Origin: Hydrolagus affinis
Lineage: Eukaryota
Assembly (NCBI GenBank): GCA_012026655.1
Contig: JAAILG010000257.1
Span: 1 to 64,000, forward strand
DNA length: 64,000 bases
Direction: 5' to 3'
The translations under genes and the position numbers were made by a program. Positions 48,775 through 61,220 of this stretch are shown in pieces. Position 1 is the stretch's first letter, and each line of letters starts with the position of its first letter. The notes below the pieces were generated by a model. It worked only from the letters and a program-made list of their open reading frames with translations, was not told where the DNA came from and did not search any database.

Positions 48775-49050
48775 GGATTCCTGTAGCTCAGTGGTTTGAA
48801 CACTCACTTTACAAGCGAGAGTTCGATTGGGTTCGATTCAGGCAGGGCAAAACCTTGGGCAAGTTTCCTTTCTCCACACGCCTGATAATAACCCCTCAAG
48901 AAAAACAATAATAAATTGGTCATTTTAACCCAACAGGTGTTTGTGGGACGCTGCTGTGTGCAATTGGCTGCCACGTTTTGCCCACAAAATATAGTCAATT
49001 CACTTGTGTCTCCTGCAGAGTGATCTCGCTGGGATATGAAAATGTGTGGT
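48775..49050 (+). mobile_element. tRNA-derived SINE (short subfamily), intact head, decayed tail
   Basis: A box tagctcagtgg, B box ggttcgattc, aaaccttgggcaagtttcc, tgtttgtgggacgctgctgtgtgcaattggctgccacg. Confidence 0.92.
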
Positions 49051-50652
49051 ACAATGAGTCAGTCACCAGGGACACCCAGTCACACTACAGTACTATTTTG
49101 ACCTATTTAATTTCTTCTTAACAAGGTTTAAAATCTCAAGATGCAACACTTGCGGATGGGGTTGGAATGGGAAGTTAAATGACTAAACCAACAAAAAACT
49201 CAACTTATACTGTATGTAAAATGCGAAGCTCTTTGACATGAACAAACATATGATAGGAACCCTTCGTTTGATAAGAGTGCTTATGGGTAAGAATACTGTG
49301 TAAAAATAGAGTTTGGGAGCTTGGTGCTTCCAATAATCATCAGTCCAGTTTGTGTCGTCATCATGTGGTTTGCAGTTCAACATTGCTGCCCTCAACATAC
49401 AACACAAAGCTAGAGAAATAGTGAAAGAGATCCTTCCAACGCTGCGTTCTTTTCTTTCTTTAAATCCCTCCTTTGCTGTACTTTGGGCTATTTGCAACTT
49501 GCCGATTTCTGATTTTTTTTTTGCTTTAAGGCGACTTGCTGCCGTGCAGAAGGCAAGTCCCTTTGAGCAACAGCAAAGCATTCCAGAAGTTGGTGATGTT
49601 AGTGATGAGTCGAGGCACAATTGTAAGCTGGTTGAAGGAGGTGTGGAGGTGGGAGTCTGTCCAACAGTCAAACTAATATCATTTCCAATAGCCATTGGGA
49701 TGAAGAGAATTTGGGGAACATTATTCTTGGCTGATCCAGAGGGTTAGTGGTTATTGCTATCTCTATCTGTGTTGTCTACATTTGCTTCCTTCATGATTTA
49801 ATCAAGTACCCCATACAAAACAAAAATCTACCTGTTCATTTCTTTAGTTGCAGTAAATTTTCAGTGCTTGGTTTCGAATGGGGTTGAATGAGATAACGCA
49901 GGTTACTGTAACAAGTTTCAGTTCTGACTGATTCACCACATGGAGCCCAGTGGAAGGAATGTGAGTTCTGCCTGAAGATTTTTGCTCAAGTATTTTTGAA
50001 AGTTTTTATCTGTTTCTGTGAAACGAACTGAAGTTTATGTAAAACAAAAATCCTATTTGAATGTTTAAGCGAAAGGGGTCAAGCTGCAGTGTGAAGACGC
50101 CATGGCAAAGAGCCACTCTCCCCTCACGGCTTTGCATCTGTGATCAAGACGATTAAGTAACCCCTCTCTTCAAAAGGTTGTGTAAAATTAGTTTTCAGGA
50201 GTTTATTGTGGTAAAACAAAGCCTGAAAGAACCCGCAGCTCAAGCAACAAAAGGCTGGCTATAGCCTCTTTCTCTCCCCTTCACCGCCCTTTCTTCCTTG
50301 TGACTTAACACAGCAGTAAATACGGTATTCATCTTTACATTATCTTCCAAACTTGATGAGATCATGCTTCCCCTTAATCACTTTTGCAGGAGCATTTCAA
50401 TGAAGCGTGTTGTCAGGGTGTTTTTTATGGGGGTGGATGGGAGGAGGAGGAAAGTTATACTGTGGATTAAGCAGTCCAAGTCTGATTTCCAGCAGTGATT
50501 CAGACAGTTATGAGTGATAATTTTTTTTATCTTGGTTTTTACCAGGGTTAGCACAGTGTCATAGCGAACACATGGGTTCTTGTGGTTTTTTTTTCTCTTG
50601 GGAAATAAAGACATCTCTATCTTTCATGTTCACCAAATTTCTATGTTCGCAG

Positions 50653-50707
50653 AAGAACATAGGAAAAGGAGCTGGAGTAGGCCATTGGGCCCCTCGAGCC
50701 TGCCCCG
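50653..50707 (-). mobile_element. CR1 (HER1/HE1-type) 3' tail
   Basis: aagaacataggaaaaggagctggagtaggccattgggcccctcgagcctgc is the reverse complement of the shark CR1-type terminus ...gaatggcctactcctgctcct...tatgttctt. Confidence 0.75.
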
Positions 50708-52426
50708 GGTAAACTGAGCTGAGAAAACAAAATATTCAGTATTGAGAGAGACTATTTTTCTTCACTCCCTATTATACTCTTTGGAGTATAGTACCAGTTC
50801 TGTTTCAAACCAGATTAACTGGTATTCTGAAAATTGTTGTTTATGAAATAAACCAAGTTGTGGGGAGGTGGGAATTGCTTTGAAGTTAAAACGAATTTAA
50901 GAATTTTCCAAAATTCTGAATGACCTTAAATGTTAAGTTAGCAGTCGTAAGGCAGAGACCACGAGGATTTTCAGGTCTCTGGTGTCTAAACCCTGCTCAC
51001 ATAATTCTCGGGAAGCATTTCAAATTGTTATTGAGCAATTTGTTTTCACAGACCCATTAAGCAAAATCTCAGCTCTTTACTATCGAGTTGTATACAGCTG
51101 TCGACCACTTTGATTATATTACAAAGTTGCAGGTTTGCTGTATCTGAAGGTAAATATGCAGATTTACTATATGATCATTTTGGATTGTGCTAAACACAGC
51201 ATTGCTAATGATTTGTCAGATCCTAGTCCCCATTTTTTTTAAATTAAACATCTTTGGCTTTCCTAAGTTCTGTCTCCCCAAATCATAGAAAGGTTTACCC
51301 AATGTTCTTTTTACACATGCAAAGACATTTGTTTTGCTTTTAACGTAGAGCGTGAGGTTGTGGGACTTTGACAGTGGTTGGAAATGGTGCAGGATTCAAT
51401 TCAGAATCAATCATTGTCATTGAAGTTTTACCAGATGAGAACACAATATGAATTGGAACACAAGCAGTAAATTGGGATCATATCAGGATTAACTGGGAAA
51501 ACAAGTAAGGGGAGTGTGTAGGTGTCAGTGAAGCCCTTTTCCTCTCGGGACTTCATTCCCCTCCCCCGCTCCGACTCTTTTTCTCCTGGACTGATAGCAT
51601 TAAATGTCCCTCTCTCTCTTCCCACTTCCCACTTCGATGGTGGAGGGGGGTCCTTATTTGAGGTTTTTGTTCTGTTTAAGACCAGACAAACTGGCAGCAG
51701 TACCGAGTGGTTTGTCATTCAGCACAAACTGAAGTCTCAAGGATGGTCAGTAGAAGATTTGGAAAAGTTGACCTGACTGATAGTAGGAGGTGCTCTTCTG
51801 TGGTTTGGGAGTGGGGGTTAGAATTCTTTGGGCACAGCGGAGAGAGGGAGCTTTACTTTCTATCTTGCCTTTGCAGTACTGTACTCAATCCATAGAGTTT
51901 GATGCCTGTGGTGGTTGCTCAGTCATTTAATGTGTGTGTGTCACAGGATCTGTTACCATATTGTCTGTGATGTCACAAGGAAACCCTATGGTGTTGAGAG
52001 TGTCTCTCGGCTTCCGCTAGTTCCCTTTGGTCATTGTAGAACCTCAGTCTCACTGCCCAACCGATCATTAAGACTGGAAATCTGTAACAGCGTAAATACT
52101 CCTATGCTTCACCTTTGATTCCCATGGCTCAGGTTGAACCATCTGAACTCCAATTTGTACTTGTGTACTGTATCATAATCCTGTGTGTCTGTTACCCTAT
52201 ATTAATAATGACACTCGGAGGTTCTTGGAGCCATTTGAAAGACGTCTTTTTGGTTTCGGGCAAAGGCCAGCCCCTCCCCGTCACACCGTCGATACAGTCC
52301 CTTTAGGGCAGGTGGAGGATCGCCAAATACATCCTGCTAGTCTAAAGCCACACCCATCACTACTCATGGAATGCTTCCCATCTAAACCTTGGCCCCTGAG
52401 CTCCAGCCATCAGCCGGGGGTGTGGG

Positions 52427-52451
52427 GGTGTGTGTGTGTGTGTGTGTGTGT
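52427..52451. repeat. (GT)n microsatellite
   Basis: Perfect gt run. Confidence 0.95.
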
Positions 52452-52455
52452 CGTC

Positions 52456-52510
52456 AACAACAACAACTTGCATTTATACAGCACCCTTCACTCTGGGTAG
52501 CGTCCCGGAA
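52456..52510 (-). mobile_element. L2-type tail (second variant)
   Basis: aacaacaacaacttgcatttatacagcacccttcactctgggtagcgtccc. Confidence 0.8.
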
Positions 52511-52534
52511 AAGGGTATTGAGATTGAAACCCTA

Positions 52535-53075
52535 AACGGGCAGTCGGGTGATGCCTCTCCATTGGTCGCTCACAGGCGGATGACGACGGCCGAGTTCACC
52601 CGAGGATCGCCCTGAACATCAGTTAGCGATTCATGACGCCTCAGAGGGAACGCCGCGAGACCACGATTTGAAATGGAGGTGAAAATCTCGACCTGCCTTT
52701 GCTGCTGTATTAACAAATGTGTTGTCCACCACCCGATGATTATTTTTTTACAAAAAAGAAGCAAAATAAAAAGATTACCCGTCATTGTGGAAGACATCCG
52801 TTCTGATCAGTGTTCTCTTATTGTTGTTGCGTATTGACAACGGCCGCAAGTGATGTACAGTCTGACGCCTGATTGGAGTCGGAGCCCAGAGACGAGGCGT
52901 TGGCCGGACGCCAATGGTGCTGCCTGCGTTCGGCTGAGACGGAGCCTCCTGCGTTCAACTGCTCGTGCATCTTGGTATCTCTGGTCTCCTGTTCAGCTGA
53001 GCCCTGCCCTCTCGCTCTCATCCTATTTCGTCATGAACACAATACGACGGCTCCTTAAGACACCAAATGAAAGAT
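52535..53075 (+). mobile_element. Decayed L2 ORF2 remnant (YADD region to post-RT)
   Basis: gcggatgac (ADD) at ~52576; ORF 52873 reads PRDEA...LRSAETEPPAFNCSCI..SLV...HNTTAP, versus L2 consensus LRNIA..RP.LS..AETLIHAFITSRLDYCNSLL...QNAAAR. Confidence 0.55.
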
Positions 53076-55354
53076 TTTAAAATATATATAAATCTACATA
53101 TTACAGTATTTACAAAGAAAAGCTAACCGTAATGCACTAAGAAAATGCAAAATTCTCATCGTGTAACGTGAACTGTAGGCAAGGAAGTTGGATTTAAACT
53201 AGCTTTTGTTTCAAGGTTTTGTATTATAATTATTATTAATAAACATAGCAGATTTTTTTTATCTCGGTGGGCACCGCTTTCAAAACTTATTTCACACGTT
53301 TCAGTGAGCGGCATTAAGGATTCAAAATAGTTGCACACAAACCAGGGTATGTGGCTTTTTAATGGAATTTCCCATCATTACAAGCCAGTGATCTACATTT
53401 CTGATCAATGAAAATTAAATTGCTTGAGTTCATCAGCTGCTCATTGTGACTAGACAGAGTCTGAGTGTTTCCCTGGTGGAGGTTCCAGTAAGTTTGTAAT
53501 TCACAGTTAACTCATTCACTGCTGGTTCAATGCTCCGCTTTGTTTTATTCTTTCATTCCCGGTGCATTGACTTCTTGGCTCTTTAAATATTTTCTGCCCG
53601 AATTTGATTGGGGTAAGCTTAAACTGTTGTTTGCCGAATTGCCAAATAGAGAGTGGCTGGGTTATTTATCCCAAGTGGATTTGATAGGTGATATTGGGAT
53701 GGACTCTTCAATATACAGTATATGAAACTGCAGCCTTGAGCGGGATGTTGTTGCATTGAATCCTTGCAATGCCCAGGTAATCAGATGGAGGGAGGTTTCT
53801 GGGGGCAGATAAGTCTCGGTCTCTCTGAGTGCAAGAGGTCCTGGGACACGGGACCTGGCTCAGAAATTGACTTCTTGTAGTGCATCATTGGTGGGGAGTA
53901 TATGGATGAACACACGGTCCACACCGAGTGTCAGAAGCGCCTGGGAGTCTCTGGCAGGAGGAAAGAGAGATTTCTTTAAAAGATAAAGAGAAAGAAAGAC
54001 ACCATGAGGCATGATGCCAGCAATATTCTTGGGGAATCGAGATGCCTTTTCACTTCTGAGCCTAAATTTAGATGAGCGCAGATGGACAGGAACAGTCTCC
54101 ACTTTAAAAAGCAAAGATGGCTGGAGACGAACATAAATTAATTTATGAACCACAAATGCAGCAATGATGTGGAACATTGGCCTACTGTTGTGTTGGTGTA
54201 CTGGGCTTCACTCAAGTAACTCTGCAGTAATGTGCTTCATATAGGGTAACACATAGGTGGATTGTGTTACAGGCCAGTAACCTATTAAAGGATTCCGATT
54301 GCATCACAAATAGCAAGCAGAAAGCCTTTGGTGTATCGGAACCTAAGATGAAATGTGCTCCTGCTTACATTTATATATACTGTCCAAATGTTGGGGCTGG
54401 CTTGTTTAGTTTACGGTGAGACATTGCAGGTGAAATCACACCAGTCGCTGAAAGTAGCAAGCTTTATGATGATATTTCCCATTGTGAAGATGGCAGTGAA
54501 AGCATTTGGGTTTGTTTGTATTTGTGTGCTTGGCGGTCGAGGGGAAAGTGGGGCGGTTTGTGGGGGGGTGGGTGTGGGTGGGCGGCGTGGTGGAGGGTAG
54601 GGGGGGGTGCGGTTGCGGTTGTCCAGCAATTTTTATCCCACGACTCAATGTTTTTCCTTTGTGTGTATAAATCTCAATCCCCACTCTTTCAGAAACTTCA
54701 CACACCTACTCAATGCAGTGAATAATGATCTAAAAACCACAAGTTTACTTTAATTGTGACTCCTTCCCATTTCCCACCAGGGGCAGTGGAGGAAGTTGGC
54801 AGGTCAAGGAAGTGGCTACTTGCGGGAACTGCAAACCTTCACCAAGTTGCTTCCCAAAACACCCCGACCAAGGTCTGCTGACATCACGTGAAAGAGCAGA
54901 GGGAGCTTGGTTTCTTGTAGTTGGCGTTTCCCTTCAGCCTAACAAACATGTTATATGGTTCGAAGTGTGCAGAAGAATCTGTATCTTGGCCCTGAAAAGA
55001 TTGAAAGGAATATTAGACCTATCCATCTGGCCAATTTGGGCCCAGAAATAGCTTTCATAATGTACTTCAAATTACTTTTTCTTAATTCCAGTAACTTAAG
55101 TGCACATTAGTTGACTCCCACTTCACTGTCAAAATGGTAGCCTGCTCAAATGGACTTAATTGAGGGTATTTTGTTCACTCGGCTACACTGTATTCAGCCC
55201 TGCTTTCTTGCCCTTTTCCCTTTTTAAAAGGCCTTTTAATCTCTCTAGTTTTCATATTTTTTTGAGTGTGTGTTCAAAGTACCTTAAGCCAGCAATCCTT
55301 TGGTCTTTTATAGAAATCCCCCCACCTTCTCCCTGTTTCTATGTGTGTAAAAAT

Positions 55355-55526
55355 GTGGTCACTTCAATCGACAACTGTTTGTGGGACACTGCTGTGTGCA
55401 ATTGGCTGCCATGTTTCGCCCACAAAATATACAGTCAGTTAATTTACCATATATTCTGTGATGCGCTTTGAGACGCCTCAAAGATGTGATCAGGCGCTGA
55501 ATCAAATGCAAGAATTATTATTATTA
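55355..55526 (+). mobile_element. Deu-type SINE 3' half
   Basis: tggtcacttcaatc...ctgtttgtgggacactgctgtgtgcaattggctgccatgtttcgcccacaaaatatacag...gcgctttgagacg...aaatgcaagaattattatt. Confidence 0.93.
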
Positions 55527-58500
55527 CATTCACATTTTCCGCCCTTCGGAAGCCCTTTTATTGCGTGCCTCGGTTCCGCTCTTCCGTTCCACGCAAAGTG
55601 CGGCTGCGCCTTTTGGGAACGATTCATTGGCAAATGGCAGTCAAAGTTCCACTTGGCATCCTGTTAACCCATCAGTAAAAGAGCCGTGACTTTTAATTGT
55701 TGAACAGAGAAAAGCTCTGGTCTGAATGAGACCCATTGTGCGGCGCAACGTTAATCAATCTCCTGACACTGGTGGCGTTAGTAGTGGTGGTTGGTTTTGG
55801 TGGTTGTGGAGAGGGAGAGAGGGAGGGAAGGTTGGTTCGATCTGTAGTCACCTACTGTTTTTATATATTATAAGCTCTAATTACATATCAGTGTTGACCG
55901 ATGGATGAGCCCTGAGCTGTACCGAGACTGGGCATCAACAGATTGTCAGAATCAGTCTGGGCAATGTCACTTTTCCAGATTAAAGGTAGAGACTCTCAAA
56001 GGCAAGGCATCGCAGTCCTGCTGCAGCGTCTATCCTAGTCAATCCTGTTGGTGCTGCGGGAGAGTGCAGTGCAGTGGGGGAAGGGAAAGTCCGTTGTTGG
56101 AGAAAGTTGCCCAGTAATCAATTGCCTTCTCTCCCTTTACTTCTGAGCAGTTTCAATTGTCGCTCCTGCTTTGTTTAGACTAGGAGTTTTTTTTTCTCCT
56201 CCCCTCCTCTCTGGCTTCCTGCTGCTTGTGAAGCTGTTTATGCTAATAAACTCATTAGTGTTGAAGGCGCCTGTTTTTTTTAATCAGTGTGTGTGCAAAG
56301 CAAAGCATGTTTGTGCTGACATTCTGCCAACACTGGCACCCTCTTGCCAAGCGAACGGGACAACTGCCGATCAGCCTTAATGTGAAGAAGCATAGGATTC
56401 GCAAGACAACCTTCTCAGGCCTCCAGTGATGGTGCTTTTAAACTGTGCCACTCCATGTCACAAGCTTAGCATATTTCACTTCCACTACAATCTAAGGAAG
56501 TTTTGTCATTTCTTTTTTTAAAAAAATTTGCGGTTTAAGCTAGCATTGCCCCCAGCCTCGACCAAGCTGCCGCCAAAGTCCGTGCATTCAAGGATAGCTC
56601 CATCTAAAACTGCTAGTCAAGACTTTTTCATCCCTCCTTCCCTGTTCCTGTTTCATGTATAATTTTCTGCTTGCTTGCCAGAAGTGTGCACCTGCCTGCA
56701 GCAACCATGCCCAACGCAGTGAGTGCAAATAGACACTGTGCCTGTATTATTACACAGCCACGCTATCAGAATTAAAGTGCAGCGTCGCAAAATCCGAGGT
56801 GAATGTGGGATGCAGGTGGTTTGTTGGTTTGCTGAAGTTTCAGATTCCGATCCTTCCGATGATCAAGTTCTTTGCAGCTACTTTGCCTTGTTGTTGTACA
56901 AATATTTCATTCTTGACTCGGGATCAGAAAATGAAGATCAGCATTTTTTTTCTCACCTCTTTCTCGGATTGGAGGCATTTGGAATACCTCCCTTCTTCCC
57001 CTGCACCCCTCCGGCCGATGAGGGCGCACAGTTATCCCAGGTATATGTTTGGAGAGGGGGGGGGGATAAGGGGGAAACCCTCACAAACCAGCCTGTGCGC
57101 GCGATTACACTGTACCTGATCTCATGCGATCCCTGCCAGTCAGTGAATACAGTCCTGCTTCACATTCAGCCCGAGTTGCAGTGAACCATCTTTCAGCTGT
57201 TCTGAGCCCACTTCAACCCAGCCTTTAAAGCTTACCTAAGAACCATCTTTTCGATCATGCTTTCCGTCACCTTCTCCCCACCTTCCTTATACAGTATATA
57301 TATATATATGTCCTCCCTATCTGAAAGGCACATTATGTGATACAGATATGAGCCTCTGATTTCTTGAATGGAATCCCAAGCAGAGGAAAGCCGCCTGCAT
57401 CTTGTGTCTTGAACCAACCAGAGAGTGCAGCAAGTAAACACCGTCTCGGATTCCCCCAGCGTTTAGACACCTGCCATCCAAGGACTTGATGCTTTTTGTT
57501 CATCATTCCCCCGGATCCCTGTTTGAATTGGCACCGATTCCATATCGTCTGCACACACGAGGATATGTGAAGTGCCCTGAAAGAGCCTTTCTATTAGCTT
57601 ACCCGTTAACTGCACAGGGGCTGCTTTCATCTTCCAGCTAATTGGAGTGCAGTTACAATTTCATGCTTTTTTTTCCCAATGTTGGTTTATCACCAGCAAC
57701 GTTTACTGCATTCATGTGAATCATGTAATTAACCCAATGCTAATTAATGATTAAAATTACACACTAAAGCTGTTAATATTTAATTCGCAGGAAAGCGAGG
57801 CAGCTCCTCCTCTGGGCTGTATGGTATGAGTCACTTTGCATCCCGTCTGCTCTTCTGCACTGTTCTGTGCGTAGCGGCAGGGACCTTCCTCCTTTATTGA
57901 AATTAGGCACATCTGAAAGATTGTTTTGAAATAGTCTATTAGCATTTGAATTAGCTGGGGGCGGTGAAGGAAGATATTCTGCTGAAGAAACGGTTTAGAA
58001 GTCATAACCTATGCGTGTTTTTACTCAGGAGGAGCTGTCTAGGCCCACACGATATTGCCATGTAAAACCAGTGGGACACACAGTCCCACAGAGCCTGCTT
58101 TGTGTACTTGAAGCCCAAACCTTTAAACTATGTGACAGGAACAGTTCATTAATAAAAGGCACTGGTGGCAGTGTCCATCTCACAAAAATCCATTGCAGTC
58201 CTCGCTTTCTTTGAAAACGTACGGTTGCCATCAGTGTCCGTACACACAGCCCTTACAGTAGGCTTGTTTCTGCATGTCCTAATATGCCAGCCATTTAGGA
58301 ATGCAAATTTACACCATTGAGATGTGAGGTGACGACAGGGTAAACAGTTGCTTTATTAGTGTGTCTGGATGAAAGGTTAATTTTTTTTAAAAAAAAGCAG
58401 TGTACCTCGCACCTAGCATTCCTCCTGCTGTAATGTCTATTCAGCATCTTAGCATTGTCACAGGTATGTTGCCTTTCTGCCTGTCATCTCCAGTTCCAAA

Positions 58501-58647
58501 CGCCCCACCCTCTCCCTCCGCCCCCACCACCCACACCCTCGTCCCAGATGGAACTTCTGCTCCCTTTAAGACCACTGATTCCCCCATCTTTTTTAAAGGG
58601 AGTTTTGTTTTCTGACTTGGCACGTTTTGTTGCTGCTTTTCAACGCT

Positions 58648-58747
58648 NNNNNNNNNNNNNNNNNNNNNNNNNNNNNNNNNNNNNNNNNNNNNNNNNNNNN
58701 NNNNNNNNNNNNNNNNNNNNNNNNNNNNNNNNNNNNNNNNNNNNNNN
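58648..58747. other. Assembly gap (100 N)
   Basis: Run of exactly 100 n. Confidence 0.99.
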
Positions 58748-59769
58748 CACCCCGATTTCATTTTCCGTATGTATCCAGTGACTCTGGAAATCCGACTCGC
58801 TGGAAGCTGGAACAACACCTCTGTCTTCCCTGAGATAACCTGAGAGCGCGGACACCAAGGCTGGCCCCACTTAAACCACATGACAAATGGAATATTTCAT
58901 AAACCAAGTTGGGCCCTCCCTCCTCACCAAGTGAATTCAGCATAAATCGCTAAAGCAAAAAGCAACACCCCCTCCCCCCTCCAAAAAAAAGAAAAACCTT
59001 GTTCCCCTTTTTAATTGCGAGACCACAAACTTGGAAGGGCTGGAGGGATGGATGAAACATAAGTGAGTGATGTTGCTCTGAGCATACTGACTGCACGTAT
59101 GAACTTAAACAGTTTCCAGTCTATTTTAAAAACAGACTGATGGCAATAACTGAAGATCATTGATTTTACGGGAATCCATGTTCACAGACGTAGAAATGAT
59201 CGACCAGTAGGTTGACTTTTGCCTCCTTAAGTAAGAATTGACTCTGCTTTCCTGTATTGACTGAAAGGCAAGAGAGGGTTTTCAAGCAAATGCCTGAGTG
59301 CGAAGCGGCTTAGGAAATTCTTCTGTAAAGTTACCCCTGGGGGAAAATAGGCTGCACATTGAGAATGGAGAATTTTAATGGGCTGCTGTTAATTTCTTAA
59401 AATAAACCATTGTGTTATCTCTGCATTAATAGGACAGAGGAGTATAGTTAGAAACAACAATCATGCCTTCTATTTCTGTGTAGCCTCAAATGTATGTGTG
59501 TGTCTAAGAGAGTGAGAAACAGACAGACAGAGGGTTGCAAAGGTTTTTTAATGTTTCATTTAAAAGTGCTCGATAAATACATCTGACCACACTTTTGTGC
59601 TGGGAATAGGAGCAGACTGCGTAGTTTTAAAGGCCGAGTTGTAATGTCAGAAATTAATTAGTGCTAACTTTTTTTTACACCCCACCTCATCCCCACCCTG
59701 CACCCCTCCTCTCCCGAAGCTGCTGACTCTTGCTTTGGTTTGGTTCCACGAACGCTGGCGTTCCTCGCC

Positions 59770-59827
59770 TAAGCGTCCTCCCGACGTGAAAGGCGCTCTA
59801 TAAATGTAATTTGTTGTTGTTGTTGTT
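59770..59827 (+). mobile_element. L2-type tail
   Basis: cgtcctcccgacgtgaaaggcgctctataaatgtaatttgttgttgttg. Confidence 0.88.
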
Positions 59828-59972
59828 CATGAATCAGCATACCAGCCACAATAAACACTTGGCCATAGACTATGGGGGCGAATCACAGCTAAACGGATTC
59901 TTGTCCTCGCTATCCTCCTCGCAAGCTCGTTTTCGAGGCTGTGTAGGAAGACGAGAATGGAGAGAGTAAAGT

Positions 59973-60018
59973 AACAAAATTACACTTGTATAGCACCTTT
60001 CACGTCAGGAGTACATCC
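59973..60018 (-). mobile_element. L2-type tail
   Basis: aacaaaattacacttgtatagcacctttcacgtcaggagtacatcc. Confidence 0.8.
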
Positions 60019-60170
60019 TAATGGGGGTAGCGATTAGCCATTGGAAGCTTGGCTGATATCTTCTCACTCCCTTACTGCAGTGATACTGAGGCCAAGTGTA
60101 ACTCTTAAGTCTACACTGGTTTATCCTTCTTATAATGTGGATACCAGAATTAGACTTCATATGAAGTCTG

Positions 60171-60211
60171 TTTTGTATGAATTCAACAGGTTTTTTGTAT
60201 GAATTCAACAG
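60171..60211. repeat. 19-bp direct tandem duplication (period 22)
   Basis: ttttgtatgaattcaacag at 60171-60189 and 60193-60211. Confidence 0.95.
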
Positions 60212-60265
60212 CGCCTCAGGACATCCTCCCTATACTCTATAAATATAATTTTGTTGTTGTTGTTT
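60208..60265 (+). mobile_element. L2-type tail with internal deletion
   Basis: cagcgcctcaggacatcctccc...ctataaatataattttgttgttgttg. Confidence 0.7.
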
Positions 60266-60279
60266 CAGGTAATTAAACT

Positions 60280-60397
60280 TCTCGCGCGAAACACACAATC
60301 ACTCGATTTTACAGCTTTACAGCATACTCTGTGAAGTGCTTTGAGATCTGCCCCCAGTGTGAAAGACGCTAACCAAATGTAAGGATTGTTGTTATTT
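60280..60397 (+). mobile_element. Deu-type SINE 3' tail
   Basis: ctttacagcatactctgtgaagtgctttgaga...gtgaaagacgctaaccaaatgtaaggattgttgttatt. Confidence 0.75.
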
Positions 60398-61174
60398 GTA
60401 GTGATGTGTGCACCCAGCCCACTTATCATGGATTTGTATTAGCTGTATTAGTACAGACGATTTGCATGCATAACCTTGGACCTGGGTCTCTGGACAGCAC
60501 CAAGAGTAGGTTGGCCTTTTCCATCTCAACTGTAGAAACAGAGCAGAGAGAATCTTGCACTTGATAGCCCGAGTGCTGCGAATGGCTGATGGTGTGAACA
60601 AGGTGTTAAGAGTGAGTGAGATGCTCAAAAGAAACCCTCAGGCTGAAGATAAAGCATGCTGTCTCGTCCGCAAGCCATTTCTTTCCATTTTCCCAGAGAA
60701 AATGCTTAATTAAGGATGACGCGCCTGGAGTTGGCTGATAACTGGTTGCAAGAGGTGTGGTCAGAGTATTGAGTTTGTTTTCCTGAACCTTAATGGAGTT
60801 GTTGGAAGAGCTGATCATGACAGTGACTGATGACCAAAGGCTGGGCTGCAGAGCCTTGGCTGTAAGGCATGACCAGATGGAACAGATGAAGGGCTTCCCT
60901 TGTGCAGTGGGTATTGAATGCCAGAGTGCCTGTTGTCGTGGTATTGAAAGAAAGAGAAAGATGCTCTTTTGGAGGATAATTACTGATTTTTCCATTTTGT
61001 TTGTTGCAGTGTGTGTGCGTGCGTGCGTGCGTGTGTGTGTAAGGTTGAGGAGATTCCCCTGGTGGCTGAGACCTGGTGACCATTTTTAGCACTTGTTCCT
61101 CTACTTTGAATTTTTTTTTTTGTCTTTCAATGGTGAGGATGAAGATCTTAAACATGATAGGGAGACAGGCACCA

Positions 61175-61175
<1 letters not shown>

Positions 61176-61218
<43 letters not shown>
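61176..61218. repeat. (CA)n microsatellite, about 21 units
   Basis: Perfect ac/ca run. Confidence 0.97.

Positions 61219-61220
<2 letters not shown>

Noticed and set aside
48775-48847. tRNA-Val(TAC)-like gene
   Set aside because: Runs directly into the SINE body, the acceptor stem does not close, and it recurs as the head of other SINE copies.
49183-49747. Longest overlapping ORFs (170 aa minus, 131 aa plus)
   Set aside because: No recognisable domain, no convincing splice boundaries; lengths expected by chance in 64 kb with alternative starts.
50773-50824. Two adjacent short hairpins (tatactc/gagtata; taccagtt/aactggta)
   Set aside because: Arms of 7-8 bp occur by chance in AT-rich DNA; no family or functional context.
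51830-51905. gagggagctttactttctatct fragment resembling a shark/LF-SINE-related repeat end
   Set aside because: Too short and diverged to assign without a search.
4140-53075. All long LINE ORF remnants lie on the + strand
   Set aside because: Likely ascertainment bias from reading the + strand by eye; short tails occur on both strands.
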